From Agriterribacter sp. (lineage in GTDB: Bacteria; Bacteroidota; Bacteroidia; Chitinophagales; Chitinophagaceae): DNA of 64,000 nt. Of this stretch, positions 57,984 to 64,000 are shown in pieces; within the stretch, counting starts at the first letter, position 1, and each line of letters opens with the position of its first letter. The stretch lies in assembly GCA_051958655.1 (NCBI GenBank), contig JBQCFW010000114.1, positions 8,319-72,318 on the forward strand, written 5' to 3'. The notes below the pieces were generated by a model. That model was not told where the DNA came from and did no database searches. It saw only the letters and a list, made by a program, of their open reading frames with translations. The position numbers and the translations under genes were made by a program.

Positions 57984-59981
57984 CTATTCCTCTATCTCCA
58001 CTATTTCATAAATTTTTACTTCGGGTATGGTAAGCCGTAATAAACCATTTTCAAAGCTGGAAGCCACAGCTTTATTACCCGGCTGCAACACAACCTTCGA
58101 AGGTTTTTTTTGCAGGCGAAGCGAAACCTTGAGGTCTTTTACCGGCGTTACTTCTTCGTATACCAATACATTAGGGTTGTTATGAGGACCATTGGTGTTG
58201 ATCAGATGCACGTACATCCTGCCGTTTTTCCTGGTAAGCACCTGGTGTATGTTGGACGATCCTTCTACTGTTGAAATAAACGACGGCACCATTTCCTTGA
58301 TCACCGCACTTACCAGTTCTTTGGATAATGCATTTTGATTGCTGTTGTAAAAGCCACCCATATTCATATAAATGCCTGCGAATTGCCCTTTGCCGTATGG
58401 GTGGATGCTGGCAAGACATTCGTCTGTTTTAAAACGCCAGTCGTCTGCTTTCAACCTGACTCCTTTTTGAATTGCGTTGGTACTTACTTTTACCGGTTGG
58501 TAATCGGTGTGCATCACCACAATGCGATCGTTGAAACCTGCAAACAGGTTTGTCTTTTTTTGAATGGAATCTACGATGGATATGCCCAACTGGTTTTTAA
58601 AATCCGTTACGGCTTCAGCCCCAATGATCAACAGCTTACCGCCGTTGTTTACGTATTCGGTAAGCTGTACCCGTATGGAAGGATCGATGTGCGGCCATTC
58701 AGGAACAACCAGCATGGGATATCTGAGCAACCTGCCGGGTAACTGGTGATCCATCAAAATATCTACCGGCAACCGGCTATCCAGCAAAAGGTTCAATACG
58801 CCCTTCAGCGCTTCCTGGTAATGAGCGGTATACAGGTTGTTTGTTTCATTTCTTTTCCATGCATAGGTAGAATAGAGCAGCCCTATTTGCGGAACGCTTT
58901 CTCCCTTAAAAGTCTAGGCTTTCCGCTCGTTGCAAAAACGAACAATGTCTGCCATTTTCCTGAACTGGTATGGCTCGGGCGATCCGTCGCGGTTTTGTTG
59001 CCAGTAGGTTTGAAATCCGCCGCCCTGCGCCAATACCTCGGCAGCCTCCTGTTGCAATTGCGGCAAGGATTTGGTGCCTTTTGAATTATTTTTCCATGCA
59101 AAAGACCACGACATCAGGTCCCAGGGTTTGCCTTGTAATGCAAGACAACGGCTCTCAAATGCCGAACTATACAGGCTATTGGAGCCTGCTACATCGCCCG
59201 ACAAATAATCAACGGGGATATTAACCGGTTCGGGCATCATAGACGAAAAAGACCAGTTGCTGGTTACCATAAACCCCGGAGCAACTTTGTGAACGGCGTT
59301 TGCATATTTGGCGATGTAATCGCGGAAGGTTTTTCTATGAAATTCCATCCATTCAAAATAATAAGGTTCGCCCGGTTTTTGCGGAATAGTGCTGATGCCG
59401 GTTGCTTTTGTAAAAGCGGCTTTGGCGGCAGGAGCATAATCGGTGCCCAGCACCCAGCAGTCGCCATCCACCCAAACGCCATCCAGCTTGTAATCGACAG
59501 CCAGCTCTTTTAGCTGCGGAATCAATAACGAGTCTGTATAAGCGCTAAAGAGCGAAGTGGCGGTTTCGCTCCGCCCGCCATCGGCATTTATGCGCGCCCA
59601 GTGCGGATGAAGAGCCAGCGCCTGGTTGTCCCATACGCCCGAATAATGCGCAAACAAAGGTACCTTATGCCTTGCCGTTACTTCGCGCCATATTCTCATA
59701 ATATCTTTGGCAAAAGCAGGAGCGGGGTTTCCTACTTTGGTAGGATAGCTGGATATGCCCGCATGCCCCTTACAGTCTACCTGTATAAAATCGGGCTGAA
59801 TCATCCGCAGCATAGAGTCGATCATTCCGGGCGTAAAGGTTTTGCCAATGCCCGAATCGGAAAGACCTGCATGAAAATCGAGATGCAAACCTGCGAAGCG
59901 CTCGCGTGGCTGACCCTTTGCGATCAAAATTCCCAGCAGGAACGCTGCCAGTATTGTTGCACATTGTTTACCAAACATCAT
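57984..59981 (-). pseudogene. GHL6/GH29-like glycoside hydrolase with trimerisation-like domain, interrupted by one in-frame TAG at 58914-58916
   Basis: ORFs 58914..59981 and 57984..58796 share a frame and are joined by 39 open codons; GLHLDFH, IQVDCKGHAGISSYPTKVG, GVWVDGDCW. Confidence 0.8.
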
Positions 59982-59986
59982 TGTAA

Positions 59987-60694
59987 TCAGATTTTATTTC
60001 CATTGTATACCGTTATTGCCGATCCCTGCGCCAGCAAAATACTGAGTGGCTGCGACTGTTGTAAAAAAGCAAAGTCTTTTCCATACAGCCCTTCAAAATC
60101 ACACACCACTTTATATTCTTTTACAGGATACACATTCCAGCGCGGATGCTCTACCTTGTACTCCTTGGTGGTATTGTTTCTTTGCTTAGCATAGCCCCAG
60201 TAATGCTCCGTAATAAACTCTTCTTCACTGTCTTTGGCAATGGGTAAACTTTGCGACGATGCCGTAATGTCTATTTCATTCACCAGCCGTCGTCCCCACC
60301 GGTATTTTACCGCCAGCGATTCCGGCAAATGCGTAACCGAAGACCAGGTGGGCATGGTTTGGTATTTTTCCTGGTAAAAAGCATTTGCAATAAAAGTGAT
60401 GGCAAACCGCGGCACAATTTCTTTAATAAACACCACGCCTCTTTTCCATTCCCCGTTTTGCCGGAACCGCACATAAAACCGAAGATTAATCTCTTCGAAA
60501 TTGGTATGAAACGGCACCGCTATCCCCTTCACCCTGGTATTGAAAAACCGGAAAGCCACCAGGCTCACATAACAAATGTTATTAAAAGTGTCAAGTTCTG
60601 TTTTAGGCGGAAGATAGGGCAGCAACGTAGCCGGAGCCACTTCGTAATTTGCCATTGCAAGGTTAAGCCATTCGGCTGTTAAAAAGGGTTTCAT
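59987..60694 (-). CDS. YqjF/DUF2071 family protein
   Basis: FLTAEWLNLAMANY, NFEEINLRFYV, FITEHYWGY. Confidence 0.88.
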   Translation of the reverse strand: MKPFLTAEWLNLAMANYEVAPATLLPYLPPKTELDTFNNICYVSLVAFRFFNTRVKGIAVPFHTNFEEINLRFYVRFRQNGEWKRGVVFIKEIVPRFAITFIANAFYQEKYQTMPTWSSVTHLPESLAVKYRWGRRLVNEIDITASSQSLPIAKDSEEEFITEHYWGYAKQRNNTTKEYKVEHPRWNVYPVKEYKVVCDFEGLYGKDFAFLQQSQPLSILLAQGSAITVYNGNKI

Positions 60695-60764
60695 GGTTAA
60701 TTTAAAATTTGAGATTTGAGATTTGAAATTAAATCTCAAATCATAAATCATAAATCAGCAACCC

Positions 60765-61286
60765 TCAAATGCTTCTGATCTCGGTACTCAGTCCCCAGTT
60801 GCCTTTTAATTTTAATACTTTTTCTATCACGTCGCGCACACATCCCTTGCCTCCATTGTATGGAGAGATATAATGCGATATGCTCTTTATTTCGGGCACT
60901 GCATCGGCCGGGCAACATGCCAGCCCCGATGCCTGCATCACATCATGATCAGGAATATCATCGCCCATATACAATATTTCTTCTTTTGTAAGGTTGTGCT
61001 TAGACATGTATTCGTTAAAATGTTCTATTTTGTTATGCACTTTATGATACACATCGTGTATCCCCAAATTTGCCATGCGTTCCACCACAGCAGGCACATA
61101 TCCCCCGGTAATGACGGCAATTTTATATCCTCTTTTCGCAGCCAGTTGCAATGCGTAGCCATCTTTGGTGTTCATCGTCCTGATGTATTCGTTGCCAATT
61201 ACAATGCCTATCGATCCGTCTGTCATTACGCCATCTACATCAAAAATAAAAGTAGTGATCTGTTTAAAATGTTCCAGGATGTTCAT
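60765..61286 (-). CDS. kdsC: KdsC/YrbI family HAD phosphatase
   Basis: FDVDGVMTDG, DGYAL, AVITG, YMGDDIPD, GKGCVRDVIE. Confidence 0.9.
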   Translation of the reverse strand: MNILEHFKQITTFIFDVDGVMTDGSIGIVIGNEYIRTMNTKDGYALQLAAKRGYKIAVITGGYVPAVVERMANLGIHDVYHKVHNKIEHFNEYMSKHNLTKEEILYMGDDIPDHDVMQASGLACCPADAVPEIKSISHYISPYNGGKGCVRDVIEKVLKLKGNWGLSTEIRSI

Positions 61287-61556
61287 AGCGACAAACTTAT
61301 AATACAAATGCTGTATTACCAACTGGGGAAAGCAATCAGCTTTCAGCGATCAGCGATCGGCAATCGGTGTAATTGGCGCTTTGCCCTTTGGAGTTAGAAG
61401 TTTACGGTTTTTGAAGAACAATAAACAACAAACGCTAAACCCAAAACAACCAAGCTGATAGCTGATCGCTGACTGCTCAAAAAAATCTCTTTTATTGTTC
61501 CTGTCATTCTGTTTAACTTCAGCGCTTAAAAAACCTAAACCTGTAATTTAACTAGG

Positions 61557-62969
61557 ATGAATAAACGAAGCCTCATTCCTGTTTTGTGCGCCATACTCCT
61601 TTTAGGACATGCTTATGCGCAGGACAAAACAGATTTTACCACCATTGCACTCAACAGCCTCGATGCGTTTACCGTTTCGGGAGACAACTGGATCGTATCT
61701 TCTGACGCTGAAGGTGATTTTGAAAAAGAAGGGATACTAAAACCCATTGCAGGTGCAGGCGTTCTGGTAAACAATCAATCTAAAAAGAACAAAGCCCATC
61801 TGGTAACCAAAGAGAACTTTGGGGATGTTGAGCTGGAACTGGATTTTATGATGGCAAAGGGATCTAACTCCGGCGTATACCTGCAGGGACGATACGAAGT
61901 GCAGTTGTTTGACAGCTGGGCAAAAACCAACCCAACTTATGTAGATTGCGGAGGCATTTACCAGCGCTGGAATAATGCAACCAACAGCGGTTATGAGGGA
62001 ATTGCGCCTTTGGTGAATGTGGCACGCGCTCCCGGTTTATGGCAACACCTGAAAATAAAATTCAGGGCGCCGCGGTTTAATGCAGAGGGCGTAAAAACAG
62101 AAAATGCCATTTTTCAAGAAGTATATCTCAACGGCGTGCTGGTGCAGCAGCAGGCTTCCGTTACCGGGCCAACAAGAGCATCTTATTTTGAAGATGAAAA
62201 AAGTGTGGGTCCTTTAATGATACAGGGCGATCATGGCAACGTAGCCATCCGCAATATTCGCTATCGTGCGTTGAATACCGATAACAGTACACCGGAGAAA
62301 ATAAGGCTGGTAAATCCCATCATCGTTACACCTGAAAACAAACCCTATTTGTTGCGCAGCTTTTTAAGTTATGGAAAAGCGATGATTACACATGCCATTT
62401 CGGTGGGCAGTCCCAACCAGCTTAATTATTCTTATGACCTCAAACGCGGCGCATTGCTGCAGGTGTGGAGAGGACAATTTGCAGATGCCACCGATTTATG
62501 GTATGAGCGCGGCGAACCGTACCAGCGCGTTGTTCCAATGGGAAGCCTGATACAATTGTCTGATGCTCCTTCAGTGGCGGCATTGCAGGATGTAGCGTCT
62601 GCGCCATGGCCCGAATCTGCGTCGTTTGATGATGTAATACTCAAAGGTTATACACTCGATGCTGAAAGAATGCCAACGTTCAGGTATACACTACAAAACG
62701 CATCAGTGTCCGACAAAGTAGCCATTGATGGTGCTACCGGCATTACGCGCACCATTAGTGTTACCGGCGCATCCGCTCCAATGTATCATCGGGTGATAGC
62801 GGCAAAAACGCTCAAACAGGTAAAAAAAGGATTGTACCTGGCGGCAGACGAATCGCTTTACATCCGGTTCGACGAAAAAGCGAAACCTGTTATCCGCACC
62901 GCCGGCAACGCGCAGGAACTGCTGATTCCTGTTGACAATGCAGCCATCACCTATTCCCTCATCTGGTAA
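61557..62969 (+). CDS. DUF1080 (3-keto-disaccharide hydrolase) domain secreted protein
   Basis: GSNSGVYLQGRYEVQLFDS, RAPGLWQ, LMIQGDHGNVAIRNI. Confidence 0.88.
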   Translation: MNKRSLIPVLCAILLLGHAYAQDKTDFTTIALNSLDAFTVSGDNWIVSSDAEGDFEKEGILKPIAGAGVLVNNQSKKNKAHLVTKENFGDVELELDFMMAKGSNSGVYLQGRYEVQLFDSWAKTNPTYVDCGGIYQRWNNATNSGYEGIAPLVNVARAPGLWQHLKIKFRAPRFNAEGVKTENAIFQEVYLNGVLVQQQASVTGPTRASYFEDEKSVGPLMIQGDHGNVAIRNIRYRALNTDNSTPEKIRLVNPIIVTPENKPYLLRSFLSYGKAMITHAISVGSPNQLNYSYDLKRGALLQVWRGQFADATDLWYERGEPYQRVVPMGSLIQLSDAPSVAALQDVASAPWPESASFDDVILKGYTLDAERMPTFRYTLQNASVSDKVAIDGATGITRTISVTGASAPMYHRVIAAKTLKQVKKGLYLAADESLYIRFDEKAKPVIRTAGNAQELLIPVDNAAITYSLIW

Positions 62970-62982
62970 TCTTCAACAAATC

Positions 62983-64000
62983 ATGACAACTCAATCATAT
63001 CGTTTCCCTCTCAATAAACTAAAATCGTTCATACCTGCATTGTTGCTGATGCTGGTTGCAGGAACGGCAAATGCCCAGGCAGACACCACCATTCATGTGC
63101 AGAAAGAAGAAGATTTTTATCCCATTCAATCCATTCCAATTCCTGAAGGCATTTTGCTGGAAATAGGGGGGATGACTTTTTTGCCCGATGATGCACTGGC
63201 AGTATCAACCAGGAGGGGAGAAGTGTGGATCATTTCCAATCCTTACCTGCGCAATGGAGCGCAACCTCGTTACAGGCTGTTTGCACAGGGCATGCATGAA
63301 GTGCTGGGGCTGAACTATATTAAAGGAGATATCTATGCCGTACAACGGTCGGAACTTACCCGCCTGCGCGACCTGGATGGCGACGGCGAAGCCGACGAAT
63401 ATGAAACGGTGTATTCCTGGCCGTTAGCTGCCAATTATCATGAGTTTTCCTATGGCCCGGTGCTGGATAAGGATGGCAATATGCTGCTCACGCTCAACCT
63501 GGCGTGGGTAGGCGATCATGGCGAAAGTTTATCGAAGTGGCATGGATGGATGGTGAAGATTACGCCCGACGGGCAGTTGAAACCTTTTGCGGCAGGCATG
63601 CGGTCGCCCGCAGGATTTGGACTGAACAGCGCCGGCGATATTTTTTACGCCGAAAACCAGGGCGACTGGGTAGGATCGGGAAGCATTACGCATGTAGCCG
63701 AAGGCGATTTTGTAGGCAACCCGGCAAGCCTGGTATGGTCGCACCTGCCAGGATCGACAGTAAAACTCACAAAATCAGATATACCCGACACGGGTGAGCC
63801 CAAATACGATGTTGCCAAACGTGTGCCCGGTTTAAAGCCTCCAACCGTTTGGTTCCCGCATACGATATTGGGTATTTCCACATCGGGCATATTGAATTAC
63901 GATGACAAAGGAAAAATGGGACCGTTTAAAGATCAATTGTTCGTGGGCGACCAGGGACAGAGCAAGATCATGCGCGTATACCTCGAAAAAGTGAAAGGCG
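62983..64000 (+). CDS. Secreted glucose/sorbosone-dehydrogenase-like beta-propeller protein, truncated by window edge
   Basis: Manual translation MTTQSYRF...LEIGGMTFLPDD..AVSTRRGEVW...NYHEFSYGP...GMRSPAG...ENQGDW; open to 64000. Confidence 0.75.
   Translation, partial: MTTQSYRFPLNKLKSFIPALLLMLVAGTANAQADTTIHVQKEEDFYPIQSIPIPEGILLEIGGMTFLPDDALAVSTRRGEVWIISNPYLRNGAQPRYRLFAQGMHEVLGLNYIKGDIYAVQRSELTRLRDLDGDGEADEYETVYSWPLAANYHEFSYGPVLDKDGNMLLTLNLAWVGDHGESLSKWHGWMVKITPDGQLKPFAAGMRSPAGFGLNSAGDIFYAENQGDWVGSGSITHVAEGDFVGNPASLVWSHLPGSTVKLTKSDIPDTGEPKYDVAKRVPGLKPPTVWFPHTILGISTSGILNYDDKGKMGPFKDQLFVGDQGQSKIMRVYLEKVKG

Noticed and set aside
58914-58916. Pyrrolysine or genome-wide TAG reassignment
   Set aside because: No pyl genes in the window, and other genes here end normally at TAG (for example the helicase and 52415).
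1-64000. tRNA, rRNA, riboswitch or IS transposase
   Set aside because: No recognisable T-loop/anticodon arms, rRNA motifs, aptamer consensus or transposase ORFs seen by eye; an Infernal/Rfam scan would be needed to exclude riboswitches firmly.

Overview
Gene-dense chromosomal window from a Bacteroidota genome, probably Chitinophagaceae-like (inferred from gene families and TAnnTTTG promoters). 5.6-20.9 kb holds a partial flexirubin/dialkylresorcinol locus: a leftward darA-darB-BtrH-like-ABC ATPase arm and a rightward GT2/DUF2062-MMPL fusion-FAD oxidoreductase-C45-acpS arm. An outer-membrane protein gene and a RelE-type toxin-antitoxin pair lie between the arms, and the aryl-polyene core genes are not in the window. 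The rest is housekeeping and accessory genes: thiolase, PAS kinase, TetR-MFS, ssb, PIN toxin-antitoxin, LytS/LytTR, aat, queG, a DUF3857 pair, xylA, aminotransferase, Pif1-like helicase, alkB/alkA and kdsC. Best leads: (1) an ECF sigma factor with a dual-membrane-spanning (Dma-like) anti-sigma, an LVIVD lipoprotein and a beta-barrel, where an identically spaced motif GTGCAACGG-N14-TTGTCAC precedes both the sigma gene and the LVIVD gene; (2) two homologous ORF-less elements at about 23.5 and 51.6 kb that look like a multicopy small-RNA family; (3) an orphan contractile-injection-system tube gene; (4) a glycoside-hydrolase gene interrupted by a single in-frame TAG; (5) a solitary PbfA-like phosphonate lyase. 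Several REP-like palindrome families and heptamer arrays fill the intergenic spaces. No tRNA, rRNA, CRISPR array or transposase was seen. Family calls come from motif recognition, not from database searches.
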